Origin: Pseudobacteriovorax sp.
Lineage (GTDB): Bacteria > Bdellovibrionota_B > Oligoflexia > Oligoflexales > Oligoflexaceae
Assembly (NCBI GenBank): GCA_050293845.1
Contig: JBNKNM010000006.1
Span: 28,563-70,373 of the forward strand
Direction of reading: 5' to 3'
DNA length: 41,811 nucleotides
Position 1 is the stretch's first letter; each line of letters opens with the position of its first letter. Under the pieces are notes generated by a model. The model was given only the letters and a program-made list of their open reading frames with translations. It did no database searches and was not told the DNA's origin. Below are positions 27,808 through 38,170 of this stretch, piece by piece. The position numbers were made by a program, and so were the translations under genes.

Positions 27808-29136
27808 TCAGTTAGCAAAAATGTAACTAGGTAACCAAAGAACCAAGGCAGGAAAAGTAGCTAATAGACCGAGAACTAGTAGCTGAATTATAACAAAAGG
27901 TACTACACCTTTGTAAATATCAAGGGTTGAAACTTCCTCTGGGGCTACCCCCTTTAAATAAAACAGAGCAAACCCAAAAGGAGGGGTTAAAAATGATGTC
28001 TGTAAATTGACTGCAATCAGAATCCCCAGCCATAAGTTATTAAAACCCAGTGCGGTAGTGATAGGTAGAATGATAGGTATAAAGATAAAACATATTTCCA
28101 AAAAATCCAGAAAAAATCCTAAAATAAACAGCAGACACATAAGAAAAAACAGTATTAGATAAGGCTTTGATTCAAAGCCCAGCACCAAGGTCTGAATCGC
28201 CTCATCGCCTCCTAACCCTCGAAAAACCACCCCAAAAAATTGAGCCCCCATCAGAATCATAAAGACCATGGTTGTGGTAAGGGCCGTTTCTTTAGCCACC
28301 GTCATCAAAATCTTGATGTTTAAACGTCGTCTTAGCAATGAGGTAAGAATAGTTCCTACAGCTCCACAGGAAGCCGCTTCGGTCGGTGATGCAATACCTA
28401 TAAGAATAGAACCAAGCACGACAACCATTAGAAACAAGGGCGTGAGAAAGCTCTTAGCAAAGGTAAACAAACTTATCTTTTCAGCGGTTTCAAAGCTGCG
28501 TCCAAATTTTTCCTCTGCTGTGGAACTGAGAATGATAATGTAGAGCAGATAAGAACTCAGCAATATGAGACCTGGTATCATGGCTCCCGTAAACAGATCT
28601 CCTACATCTACATTCATCATATCTCCCAGTAAGACCAAGACAATGGAGGGAGGGATGATTTGCCCTAGGGTACCAGATGATGCTATGACACCAGTCGCAA
28701 GAGATTTATCATAGCCACGATCGAGCATTGTAGGTAAAGATAGTACCCCCATAGTAATGACTGTGGCACCAACTATTCCTGTTGATGCTGCTAACAAGGC
28801 TCCCACTCCCATAACAGCACAGGCCATGCTGCTTTTTCTCTTCCGAAAGACCTTACCGAGACTGTCCAATAACTCCTCAGCAATGCCGGATTTATCCAGC
28901 AAAACACCCATGAAGACAAAAAGGGGCACCGCAAGCAGGGTAAAGTTAGTAACGATGCCATAGATGCGCATGGGAATAAAGCCAAAGTCATCCCAAAAGA
29001 ATAAATCTAAAATATGGCCCATAAAGCCAAAAATAATGGCTGTACCAGCCAGAACAAAGGCAACAGGGAATCCTGACATGAGCAATAAGAGGAGCACTGG
29101 AAACATCGCCAGAGATAAGCATTCATTGAGTTCCAT
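27808..29136 (-). CDS. dctM: TRAP transporter large permease
   Basis: GFPVAFVL, LLAVPLFVFMG, ASTGIVGA, GTLGQIIPPS, SPTEA, NLQTSFLTPPFGFALFYLKG. Confidence 0.95.
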   Translation of the reverse strand: MELNECLSLAMFPVLLLLLMSGFPVAFVLAGTAIIFGFMGHILDLFFWDDFGFIPMRIYGIVTNFTLLAVPLFVFMGVLLDKSGIAEELLDSLGKVFRKRKSSMACAVMGVGALLAASTGIVGATVITMGVLSLPTMLDRGYDKSLATGVIASSGTLGQIIPPSIVLVLLGDMMNVDVGDLFTGAMIPGLILLSSYLLYIIILSSTAEEKFGRSFETAEKISLFTFAKSFLTPLFLMVVVLGSILIGIASPTEAASCGAVGTILTSLLRRRLNIKILMTVAKETALTTTMVFMILMGAQFFGVVFRGLGGDEAIQTLVLGFESKPYLILFFLMCLLFILGFFLDFLEICFIFIPIILPITTALGFNNLWLGILIAVNLQTSFLTPPFGFALFYLKGVAPEEVSTLDIYKGVVPFVIIQLLVLGLLATFPALVLWLPSYIFAN

Positions 29137-29740
29137 CGGAACCTTTTCCTATTAGTTCAGCAATGTTCTTTACCAGTTGACTGCATCCTGCAATCAAGCA
29201 AAATGTAGCACCCAAAGGCAGAAACGATTTTATAACCCAGCGAGCGGGAAGTCCTCCTGGATCAGGAGACCCCTCACCTGCAAAAATCCAGCGGTTTAAA
29301 AACTGATCTCCGTCTGTGGCAAACTCATTAAAAAGAGACGAACTGTCAAACAACCTTGTGAATACATCAATGGAAAGACCAGTTGCGATGGATCGGGTCT
29401 GCATAACATCTTGCACCCCATACCAAATCAATATAACCATGCTGGGAAAAAGGAAAAGCAGCAAGCCTAAACTATCAACAAAGCACTTCTTCTTCCGGTT
29501 CAAACGGGAGTAGAATACATCAACACGCACATGACGTTCACAGCGCAGTCCGACACCAGCTGTTATAAGGAAGCTGAAGCCGAATAAATGCCAAAGCAGC
29601 TCCTGCATAGCCACGGAGCTTTCCTTAAACAGATATCGCGCCACTACTTGCTGAAAGGTGAGCAATACCATCAAAATTATGGCAGCTCCCGCGCTGGCCA
29701 GAGCCAGCTTATCCAGCGCTTGCACGACATGTTTCATCAT
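29123..29740 (-). CDS. dctQ: TRAP transporter small permease
   Basis: VVARYLF, QEL.WHLF, HVRVDVFY, GEGSPDPGGLP; four TMs. Confidence 0.93.
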   Translation of the reverse strand: MMKHVVQALDKLALASAGAAIILMVLLTFQQVVARYLFKESSVAMQELLWHLFGFSFLITAGVGLRCERHVRVDVFYSRLNRKKKCFVDSLGLLLFLFPSMVILIWYGVQDVMQTRSIATGLSIDVFTRLFDSSSLFNEFATDGDQFLNRWIFAGEGSPDPGGLPARWVIKSFLPLGATFCLIAGCSQLVKNIAELIGKGSDGTQ

Positions 29741-30813
29741 GAAAAAACAGCCTTCATATAGGCATTATTCGTTACCCTCTGATGGTCACGATATATGCTG
29801 CGAAAATCCATAAAGGACTGGTAAATACGCTGTGACAGTTTATCTATCTGAGCAATCTCACTTAAGGCTTGTTCTGAGAGATCCATTAGCTTCGCTAACA
29901 CCTCATCGGGGAATTGCTTGATAACGACCCGAGTTTCTGTCTTAATCTTCTTAAAATACACGGCATCTTGATAGGCCCACTTTGCATACATATCTCGATC
30001 GAGTTCTGCGGCACAGGATCGCACGATAGCTTGCAGGTCTTTTGGTAATTGCAGCCAGGCTTTGGTGTTGATCATCAATTCCAGAACTGGTCCTGGTTCA
30101 TGCCAGCCTGGAGCGTAGTAGTATTTCGCCGCTTTGTGGAATCCCATGGTATAGTCGTGGTAAGGCCCCACCCATTCTGTAGCATCAAGGACACCGGTTG
30201 AAAGGTTCGTATAAATCTCACCCCCAGGAACCAAAACGGGCTTGCCACCTAGTTTAGCTAAAACCTTGCCGCCAAGACCAGGAATCCGCATCTTCAGTCC
30301 TCTGAAGTCTTCGACCTTATTAATTTCCTTGTTAAACCATCCTCCCATTTGCATACCGGTGTTGCCAGCAGGTAGGGGAGTGATACCAAAGGGCCGATAA
30401 AGCTCCTCCCATAATTCTATGGCTCCCGCTCCATGCAGCCATCCCCTCATACCCGCTGGATTAAGCCCAAAGGGAACAGCCGTAAAGAAAACACTAGCGG
30501 GCATTTTGCCTTGCCAATAATACGAAGCTGCATGTCCCATTTGAATGCGTCCCGATTGCACCGCCTCAAATGTTCCTAATGCGGGAACCAGTTCGCCTGC
30601 ACCATAGACTTTTATACTTAACTCGCCATCCGTCTCTTCTTTAACTTTTGCAGCGAAGTCTTGGACCCCTTCTCCCCAAATAGGCAGGTTTTTGGGAATC
30701 GCCATGGCCAACCGCCACCTGAATTTATTGGATTTTGCTATTGCCGGAGCACCGGCCAAACCTGTTGCTGTCACACCTAAAGCAGAATGCTTAAGAAATT
30801 GTCTACGTTCCAT
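29737..30813 (-). CDS. dctP: TRAP substrate-binding protein (TakP-like) with Tat signal
   Basis: MERRQFLK twin-arginine signal, YGAGELVP, YYWQGK, GNTGMQMGGWFNKEI, MRIPGLGG, EWVGPYHD, PGWHEPG. Start moved to ATG 30813 (30819 is also possible). Confidence 0.93.
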   Translation of the reverse strand: MERRQFLKHSALGVTATGLAGAPAIAKSNKFRWRLAMAIPKNLPIWGEGVQDFAAKVKEETDGELSIKVYGAGELVPALGTFEAVQSGRIQMGHAASYYWQGKMPASVFFTAVPFGLNPAGMRGWLHGAGAIELWEELYRPFGITPLPAGNTGMQMGGWFNKEINKVEDFRGLKMRIPGLGGKVLAKLGGKPVLVPGGEIYTNLSTGVLDATEWVGPYHDYTMGFHKAAKYYYAPGWHEPGPVLELMINTKAWLQLPKDLQAIVRSCAAELDRDMYAKWAYQDAVYFKKIKTETRVVIKQFPDEVLAKLMDLSEQALSEIAQIDKLSQRIYQSFMDFRSIYRDHQRVTNNAYMKAVFS

Positions 30814-30938
30814 GACCATAAACCTTTTGTGATTGCTTTCGCAAAGGTTATAGCCGAATTTCTGTAAAATGCCCAATTATTAAAGCGCCCCCAGGAAATC
30901 CACAGCATGGGGAAACATCCAAAGATCTTTAGCAATCC

Positions 30939-31808
30939 CTAATTCAGAAGGTCTCGATGATCAACGCTAATGTAGACATGGGGAATTTTAGCCTCAGCCA
31001 AGGAATAACTAAGGTGTTCAGCCAAAGCTACACTGCGATGCTGCCCTCCCGTACATCCGATGCCAATGCGAAAGTAGTTCTTACCCTCCGCATAATAACA
31101 AGGCAGCAAAAACTCATGCAGGGTCATAAAATGTTCAACAAATTTCAGAGTATTGGGGTCAGAAAACACATACTCTCTCACCTCGGTATCCAAGCCAGTT
31201 TTAGATTTGAGCTTGGGATCAAAATGAGGGTTTTTTAAAAAACGAACATCAAATATACTATCGACAGCTTTGATGCTCCCATGCTTAAACCCAAAACTAG
31301 TCAGGGTTACATTCAGACTGCGAAATTGATGTTTTCCAGAAAACTGACGCTCGATTTGTCTAGCTAACTGATGGGGACTCCATGAACTGGTATCAAAAGC
31401 GGAATCTGCAATACCCTCGATTGGTTTGAGAGATTGTCGTTCGCGACGGATGGCCACGACCAGCTCACCACTAGCATCTTGCATAGGGTGCCGTCTGCGG
31501 GTGGTTGAGAACCTTTGGGTTAAAACTTCGTCGGCAGCCGTAAGAAATAAAGTTTCCGTAGCGATTATTTTTTCTAATTTTATGCGCAGAGCAAGAAATT
31601 TTTCGACAAAGTCTGAACTCCTCACATCCATCCCTAAGGCTAGATTACCAGATCCAATTTTAGACCTGATAAAATAGTCAACAGCATTTTCAACAAGCTC
31701 AATAGGTAGGTTATCAATGCAATAAAAAGAGATATCCTCCAGGGCTTTGATCGCGATGGATTTACCTGCCCCCGACAACCCTGTTACTATGACTAGCCTT
31801 GAATTCAC
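30939..31808 (-). CDS. rapZ: RNase adapter RapZ (YhbJ/YvcJ)
   Basis: VTGLSGAGKS, YCIDNLP, TRRRHP, SFGFKHG, FDVRFLKNP, GCTGGQHRSV. Confidence 0.96.
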   Translation of the reverse strand: MNSRLVIVTGLSGAGKSIAIKALEDISFYCIDNLPIELVENAVDYFIRSKIGSGNLALGMDVRSSDFVEKFLALRIKLEKIIATETLFLTAADEVLTQRFSTTRRRHPMQDASGELVVAIRRERQSLKPIEGIADSAFDTSSWSPHQLARQIERQFSGKHQFRSLNVTLTSFGFKHGSIKAVDSIFDVRFLKNPHFDPKLKSKTGLDTEVREYVFSDPNTLKFVEHFMTLHEFLLPCYYAEGKNYFRIGIGCTGGQHRSVALAEHLSYSLAEAKIPHVYISVDHRDLLN

Positions 31809-31817
31809 AATATACCT

Positions 31818-33281
31818 TTAAAAGACTTTCTTGCGTTTACTTGAAGGTAATATATTCATTTGCTCTCTATATTTTGCCACAGTCCGCCGGGCTAATTGAA
31901 TGCCACGCTCATCAAGCATGTCAACAATCTTCTGGTCAGCGAGAGGTTTTTTAGGGTTTTCACCTTTGATGATATCAGCAATCATCTTTTTCACCGACGC
32001 ACTGGCCAGGTCTTCTCCTCCCGATCGCGATACTGAGCTATTAAAAAAGTATTTTAATTCAAAAATCCCTTGAGGAGTATGAACAAATTTGTTGCTGGTC
32101 ACACGGCTGATGGTCGATTCATGCATACTAATATCTTCTGCAATATCTCTTAAAACCATTGGTTTCAGATATTCGATACCCTTTTCAAAGAATTCTGTTT
32201 GCCGCTCTACCAATTTTTCCGTTACCCTCAATATGGTTCTTTGTCGTTGCTGAATACTTTTGATAAGCCACGAAGCAGATTTCATCTTATCCTGGATATA
32301 GTCTTTTTCTGTGGCACTAGCATTCATGCTCTGGAACATATCTTCATAAACTTTAGAAATCCTTAAATGAGGGAGACCTTCTTCATTTAAAGAAACAATC
32401 CATTGTCCAGATACTTTAAACACATACACATCGGGAACCACAAACTGAGTCTCTTCTCCCCCATACTGCCGCCCGGGAACCGGCTCTAATTCCGATATGA
32501 TATGTACATTTTCAATGACACAATCCCGGGATATCTTAAGAGCCTTAGCGATAGCCTGAAAGTTATGGGTTTCCAATTCGGGGATATGGTTCTCTACAAT
32601 TTTTTCCACAATCCCATTTCTTAACCGACCGAACTTTAGCTGGTTGAGCAAGCACTCTTTGAGATCTCTTGCAGCTATTCCCGGTGGATCAAGCCTTTGA
32701 ACAACATCCAAAATATCTTCAACTTCGTCAATTGTTACACTAGCTTCTTGCGCGATATCCTCAACCGCAGTCTGCAAATAGCCCTTCTCATCTATGTTAC
32801 CGATAATGATTGCCGCTATTTTATTTTCCTCGGAGTTTAGGTCAATTTCTCCTATCTGTGAGATCAAATAATCATTTAAAGTACCAGACCTTGCTAGATT
32901 CTCATGGCTAGGGAAGTCATCATCACGGCGGGCTTGGCTGGCAGGCACAGAACTTTTATCTTGGCGATTTAAGTATGATTCCCAGTCATTGTCTGACTTA
33001 CTGGTAGAATCACCCATGTTATCGACGATTCTTTCAGCTTCTGACATACGATCGTTAACCTCTTGGGACTCAGTTCTCTCGGCCTCACGTTCGACCTGAA
33101 TACGCTCTTCAGGAGATTCTACAATCCCTTCCTCAAGAACCGGGTTCTCAGCTAGCTGTTGGGTTACAAATTCTTCCAGCTCCATACGCGATAGCTGAAG
33201 CAACTTGATAGCCTGTTGGAGCTGCGGCGTCATAAGAAGCTGCTGACTTAACTTTAAGGACTGTTTCAGGTCAAATGCCAT
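31818..33281 (-). CDS. rpoN: RNA polymerase sigma-54 factor
   Basis: QQLLMTPQLQQAIKLLQL, ENPVLE, G.AARDL.ECL, HESTISR, RpoN box ARRTVAKYRE. Start moved to ATG 33281. Confidence 0.97.
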   Translation of the reverse strand: MAFDLKQSLKLSQQLLMTPQLQQAIKLLQLSRMELEEFVTQQLAENPVLEEGIVESPEERIQVEREAERTESQEVNDRMSEAERIVDNMGDSTSKSDNDWESYLNRQDKSSVPASQARRDDDFPSHENLARSGTLNDYLISQIGEIDLNSEENKIAAIIIGNIDEKGYLQTAVEDIAQEASVTIDEVEDILDVVQRLDPPGIAARDLKECLLNQLKFGRLRNGIVEKIVENHIPELETHNFQAIAKALKISRDCVIENVHIISELEPVPGRQYGGEETQFVVPDVYVFKVSGQWIVSLNEEGLPHLRISKVYEDMFQSMNASATEKDYIQDKMKSASWLIKSIQQRQRTILRVTEKLVERQTEFFEKGIEYLKPMVLRDIAEDISMHESTISRVTSNKFVHTPQGIFELKYFFNSSVSRSGGEDLASASVKKMIADIIKGENPKKPLADQKIVDMLDERGIQLARRTVAKYREQMNILPSSKRKKVF

Positions 33282-33339
33282 ATTCTGCACCAATTCATTA
33301 AAACGAACTCATCTACTATATTATCTTATCGGCAATTCG

Positions 33340-33355
33340 TGGCAAAATTTTTGCA
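33340..33355 (+). promoter_or_regulatory. Sigma54-type site oriented opposite to rpoN, in the lptB-rpoN spacer
   Basis: TGGCAAAATTTTTGCA has GG-N10-GC spacing. It overlaps a minus-strand TTGCCA-N16-TAATAT candidate sigma70 promoter. Confidence 0.5.
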
Positions 33356-34090
33356 TCACAATCTGAAGTTTTCTCCTAAATATACTTCTTGTACAACCTG
33401 ATTGTTTGCAATTTCTTCGGGTTTGCCATGGGCAATGATCTCACCAGCCGTCAAGATGTATGAACGATCGCAGGCTCCTAGGGTCTCCCGAACATTGTGG
33501 TCCGTGATCAGCACTCCTAGTCCATCTTCATCTCTAAGCTTTTGGATTATATGCTGAATTTCTTGAACAGTCACAGGATCGATACCCGCAAAGGGCTCAT
33601 CGAGCAGAAGAAACTTTGGATTAATAATCAGCGATCTAGCTATTTCCACCCGACGCCTTTCCCCCCCAGAAAGGGAAGCTCCCATTGACTTTGCAATGTG
33701 AGAAATTTGAAATTTACCGAGAAGTTCCTCCAGCAAGTTTTTTCTTTCGTGGGCAGGAATACCCACGACCTCCATAATGGCTCGGAAGTTATTTTCAACG
33801 CTCATTTTTCTAAAAATCGACATATTTTGGGGTAGATAAGAAATACCCCGCCGTGCCCGTATATGCATGGGGAGTTCTGTTATATCTTCCCCCCCTAGTT
33901 TCACAAATCCAGAGTTTGGATACAACAAACCTACTATCATATAAAAACTAGTCGTTTTGCCTGCACCATTCGGACCCAGCAGCCCCACAACCTCCCTTTC
34001 GAAGATTTCAAATGATACCGACTTGACGACTTCCCTAGATTTGAAAGACTTTCTGAGATTTTCAGCTGACAACTTTAGTTTTGCCGGCAA
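33356..34090 (-). CDS. lptB: LPS export ABC transporter ATPase
   Basis: [60 protein letters not shown]. Confidence 0.97.
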   Translation of the reverse strand: MPAKLKLSAENLRKSFKSREVVKSVSFEIFEREVVGLLGPNGAGKTTSFYMIVGLLYPNSGFVKLGGEDITELPMHIRARRGISYLPQNMSIFRKMSVENNFRAIMEVVGIPAHERKNLLEELLGKFQISHIAKSMGASLSGGERRRVEIARSLIINPKFLLLDEPFAGIDPVTVQEIQHIIQKLRDEDGLGVLITDHNVRETLGACDRSYILTAGEIIAHGKPEEIANNQVVQEVYLGENFRL

Positions 34091-34091
34091 G

Positions 34092-34787
34092 CTAATCCCT
34101 CCCTTTAGGTTGTACGATACCGCGAGCTTGATCTACAAAGACCATCCCTGTTTGAATATCATAGGTGATCTGCTTGCCCCGCATGAGATCGCCACCCCGA
34201 TAAAGTCGAGCATTCCCAATTAGTTTCACCTTTTGCTCGCTATTATAGAATACCGCGCGATTCCCATGGGCTACCATTCTTTGTGCAGGGTCGGGGTCAA
34301 ACTTTGATACCTTAACATTTCCAATGATTTCAACTTCCTTGACAGAATCGTTTTCTGCTTCAGATTTTTCCTTATAGAAGCTAACAACAGCTTCATCGGC
34401 CTGCAGACGCAAGTTAGCTTGCGTAATCACCACATTCTCTTTGAGTGTCATGACTCCATTTTTTCGAGAGTAAGTCGACTGGCCATCACATTTTAATTTG
34501 ACGGGAGCTTTCTTCCCTTTTGAAGGCTTGACTTTTTTAGTTTTGGGCGGTTCCTCTACAAAAGTATCCTCGCTGTTCGGCTCCGATGTCTGTTGCGGAC
34601 TTTTTTTTACTGATGCTGGATGGCTTGGTTTTTTTGACTTAGATTTATGGGGTGGGGTTGGCGTTACCCCTTCTTCTGTCTGAGGTTGAAGATCATCGAT
34701 ATCTTCAATAATGTCCCCCCAGGCCTGAGATGCAAATACCCATATTACCAAATACAGCACGACTCTAATAACGAGGAAGGTTCTCAC
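34092..34787 (-). CDS. lptA: LptA/OstA-family periplasmic LPS transport protein with long N-terminal low-complexity extension
   Basis: Position between lptC and lptB; NVVITQ..L.AD, GNVK, L.GNA.L..G...G..I.YD pattern. Start tentatively GTG 34787. Confidence 0.8.
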   Translation of the reverse strand: MRTFLVIRVVLYLVIWVFASQAWGDIIEDIDDLQPQTEEGVTPTPPHKSKSKKPSHPASVKKSPQQTSEPNSEDTFVEEPPKTKKVKPSKGKKAPVKLKCDGQSTYSRKNGVMTLKENVVITQANLRLQADEAVVSFYKEKSEAENDSVKEVEIIGNVKVSKFDPDPAQRMVAHGNRAVFYNSEQKVKLIGNARLYRGGDLMRGKQITYDIQTGMVFVDQARGIVQPKGRD

Positions 34788-35355
34788 TCTGTAATGTCCC
34801 TTCAATTGGTCCAAACAAAACAACGTCTTCGGTATTTAGATTATACTCGAAACCACTTGATCCTTTTAATATACTGTCTGGAGCAATAAAGACTACGGGA
34901 ACATCGGACCGCAGAAGATTCTTCTGAGAAAAATACTGCGCATACTGGGTTTTTAACAGCTTGTCCTGAGAACCCACTTTGACATCATTTTCGATATCAG
35001 CCCGTACTATATTACTATTCTGCAACAGTTGCATAACACCTGCAGAAGCAAAATATATGGCCGCTGATTCGGATGAAAAATACTCCCGATTTACAGTGTC
35101 ATAGCGGAGCCCCCTTAAATTGCCATACATTTCTAAAAGATTGGGGTCCATAAAATTGGCTATACGCCCTGTTAATGTTGAAAGCACGCGATGGTCTCGA
35201 TAACGATGAAGGGTAAAGTCTTCAAGGGTGATCCGAGGTTTTCTATCATAAATAGATACCTGCTCCCGCAATGCCTTATCATCGCGCATATTAAATAGAT
35301 AAATGGCAAGTCCACTTATAAGGATAAAAGCTATGCTTACTACATTTTTTCCCAT
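34765..35355 (-). CDS. lptC: LPS export periplasmic protein LptC
   Basis: Single N-terminal TM followed by a beta-jellyroll-like sequence (L.T....Y......L.SD.PV......L.G.GF.Y), with kdsD-lptC-lptA-lptB synteny. Confidence 0.75.
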   Translation of the reverse strand: MGKNVVSIAFILISGLAIYLFNMRDDKALREQVSIYDRKPRITLEDFTLHRYRDHRVLSTLTGRIANFMDPNLLEMYGNLRGLRYDTVNREYFSSESAAIYFASAGVMQLLQNSNIVRADIENDVKVGSQDKLLKTQYAQYFSQKNLLRSDVPVVFIAPDSILKGSSGFEYNLNTEDVVLFGPIEGTLQSENLPRY

Positions 35356-35373
35356 CTTGGACCTCGCCGCGCT

Positions 35374-36339
35374 TTAGACGATTTTAGCAGCTAAAAGATC
35401 ATACATACGCACCAAACCCAATAAAATCCCTTTGTCATCCACTACGAAAAGCGAAGAAATACTATGATTCTCCATGAGTTTCACTGCTTCCACAGCAAGC
35501 GCCGTAACCACTATGGTTTTAGGGCCATAGGACATGAGATCATTAGCCCGAGCTAAAAACACTTCATCCCTCATACGAATAATACCGCGCCTCAGGTCAC
35601 CATCCGTGATGGCTCCAATGGGTTGGTTATTTTCATTAATTACAGCAGCAATCCCAAGATTATGGCTAGTAATGAGTTCTAAAACCCGCGCAAAATCATC
35701 TTCTTGCTGCAAGGTAAGCAGATTCTTTTTCAGATGATCCTGAACCAGGGATAAACGTCTGCCAATACTACCACCGGGATGAAATTGTGCAAAATCTTGA
35801 TTACTGAAGCCCCGGCATTGCATAATAGTAGCTGCCAGAGCATCACCCAAAGCTATGGCTACCGTAGTGGAACTCGTAGGAGCCAGCTGCAGGGGACAGG
35901 CTTCTCTATATATACTACCATCAAGGACAATATCCCCGAGCTGAGCCAAGGTCGACTGGGGTTTGCCTGTAAGTACAATAATATTAAGGCCATTACGCCG
36001 TGCGAACCTAGTAACTTCTATGGTTTCAGAGGTTTCACCACCGTAGGCTATTGCAATAAGAACATCCCGCGCTTCTAGGACCCCTAAGTCACCATGCAAG
36101 GCTTCTCCCGGATGTAGGAAGAAAGAAGGAGTCCCTGTAGATGATAGTGTAGCCGCAATTTTTCTTCCAATATGACCCGATTTACCCAGACCGCTGACGA
36201 TAACCTTACCCTCGGAACTAAGTACAACCTTAACGGCTTTCGCAAAACTATCATCAAGCCCATCAGCAGTTCGTATAAGTTCTGCAGATTCAAGTTGAAG
36301 AACTGATTTTCCAAAAGATATTATTTCATTTGTTTCCAT
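35374..36339 (-). CDS. kdsD: Arabinose-5-phosphate isomerase (KpsF/GutQ, SIS + CBS)
   Basis: [57 protein letters not shown]. Confidence 0.95.
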   Translation of the reverse strand: METNEIISFGKSVLQLESAELIRTADGLDDSFAKAVKVVLSSEGKVIVSGLGKSGHIGRKIAATLSSTGTPSFFLHPGEALHGDLGVLEARDVLIAIAYGGETSETIEVTRFARRNGLNIIVLTGKPQSTLAQLGDIVLDGSIYREACPLQLAPTSSTTVAIALGDALAATIMQCRGFSNQDFAQFHPGGSIGRRLSLVQDHLKKNLLTLQQEDDFARVLELITSHNLGIAAVINENNQPIGAITDGDLRRGIIRMRDEVFLARANDLMSYGPKTIVVTALAVEAVKLMENHSISSLFVVDDKGILLGLVRMYDLLAAKIV

Positions 36340-37957
36340 CTATATGACCTGAAGAGTAGTTGATACTAGCTAGTACAAAGTCCCTAAACAATGGATGAGG
36401 GTTCATGGGGCTGCTTTTCAACTCAGGATGGAACTGACAGGCCAAAAACCAAGGGTGATCTTTAAGCTCAATCATTTCTACAAGCGAGTCATCTGGTGAC
36501 ACCCCACTAAATAGAATACCTTTTTCTGTAAACCCAGGGCGATACTTATTATTAAACTCATAACGGTGACGATGCCGCTCAGAAATTTTTTCCCGTTTGT
36601 AAGCTTGATGCGCCTTAGAGCCTGGCAGAAGTTGACAAGGATAGGCTCCCAATCGCATCGTTCCCCCTAAGTCTTCAACATCCTTTTGTTCTTCCATCAA
36701 ATGGATCACAAGGTTTTTGCCACTTTCGCCAAACTCTTGGCTATCAGAATCCTTAATTTGCAAGGCATAGCGCCCAAACTCAATGGCCGCTAGTTGCATA
36801 CCCAGACAAATACCGAAAAATGGAATATGATTTTCACGCAGATAGCGAATAGCTTGGATCTTACCTTCCGTTCCTCGATTGCCAAAACCACCTGGTACAA
36901 TCACACCATGCAAGCCTTTAAGAACTACAGCCACATTATCAGCGGTAATAGAAGCAGCATCTAAATACTCCACTTCTACTTTTGCTCGATTAGCTATTCC
37001 TGCATGAACCAATGCTTCGTTGATAGACTTGTAGGAATCGATAACATCGATATATTTACCAACAATGCCTATTTTACATATTTCTTGAGGATTATTTAGG
37101 GCATCTTCGATCTGCTTCCACTCATGTAAGTCCGGGTTTCTCGTCCAAATATTTAATTTATCTACAATCAACTGATCTAAACCCTGATGATGGAGAAACA
37201 GAGGGACCTTATAGATACTGTCCACATCACAAGAATCGATGACACACTCAGCCTTCACATTGCAAAATAAGCCAATTTTCTGTTTGAGGTCGGAGGGTAA
37301 TGTACGATCTGCCCGGCAAACTAAAATATGAGGCTGTATACCTATTTGACGCAATTCTTTTACAGAATGCTGGGTTGGCTTGGTTTTTAATTCATGGGCA
37401 GCACCAATGTAGGGAACGAGAGTTAGATGCACATAGAGCACATTATCTTCCCCCAAGTCGTAACGGATCTGCCGAATAGCCTCTAAAAAGGGTAAGCTCT
37501 CAATATCACCAACTGTACCACCTATTTCAACGATGCCTACATCAGCCCCCTTGGAAGCAGCATAAATATTTTCCTTAATCTGGTCTGTAACATGGGGGAT
37601 AACTTGTACCGTTCCACCAAGATAGTCCCCCTTTCTTTCCTTCGACAAAACCCGATCATATACTTGGCCGGTGGAAAAACTGTTTCTTTTTGTCAGTCTA
37701 GCAGCAGTGAAGCGTTCATAGTGACCTATATCAAGATCTGTTTCTGCACCATCGTCGGTAACAAAAACCTCACCGTGCTGAAAAGGACTCATAGTTCCCG
37801 GGTCGACATTCAGGTATGGGTCTACCTTAGTCAGACTTACTTTCAACCCACGGTTCTCAAGTAGTGCACCGATACTTGCAGCGACTATGCCTTTACCCAG
37901 AGAAGAAACCACTCCTCCAGTAACAAAAATATACTTCGTACGATGACGGCGGCTCAT
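36326..37957 (-). CDS. pyrG: CTP synthase
   Basis: [74 protein letters not shown]. Start ATG 37957 or 37969. Confidence 0.98.
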   Translation of the reverse strand: MSRRHRTKYIFVTGGVVSSLGKGIVAASIGALLENRGLKVSLTKVDPYLNVDPGTMSPFQHGEVFVTDDGAETDLDIGHYERFTAARLTKRNSFSTGQVYDRVLSKERKGDYLGGTVQVIPHVTDQIKENIYAASKGADVGIVEIGGTVGDIESLPFLEAIRQIRYDLGEDNVLYVHLTLVPYIGAAHELKTKPTQHSVKELRQIGIQPHILVCRADRTLPSDLKQKIGLFCNVKAECVIDSCDVDSIYKVPLFLHHQGLDQLIVDKLNIWTRNPDLHEWKQIEDALNNPQEICKIGIVGKYIDVIDSYKSINEALVHAGIANRAKVEVEYLDAASITADNVAVVLKGLHGVIVPGGFGNRGTEGKIQAIRYLRENHIPFFGICLGMQLAAIEFGRYALQIKDSDSQEFGESGKNLVIHLMEEQKDVEDLGGTMRLGAYPCQLLPGSKAHQAYKREKISERHRHRYEFNNKYRPGFTEKGILFSGVSPDDSLVEMIELKDHPWFLACQFHPELKSSPMNPHPLFRDFVLASINYSSGHIDGNK

Positions 37958-38031
37958 CTCAAATTCCATAAATTATTAATGATATTAGCTGCTTAAGTCC
38001 AGAAAAGTAAATGTCATACAGACGGGTTTGT

Positions 38032-38060
38032 ATCCTACCTAAGGAAGGTCCTGCGGTCAA
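38032..38060 (-). promoter_or_regulatory. Putative sigma70 promoter of the pyrG operon
   Basis: TTGACC-N17-TAGGAT on the minus strand. Confidence 0.55.
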
Positions 38061-38170
38061 GTAAGATTAAATTTGAAGGGTAAGCATTTTTTTAAGGCTA
38101 AACCTACAAGATTGACGTAGATACTGATAATATAGGGAAGGTATCTCAAATAGAATCTAAGTAGGTACTT

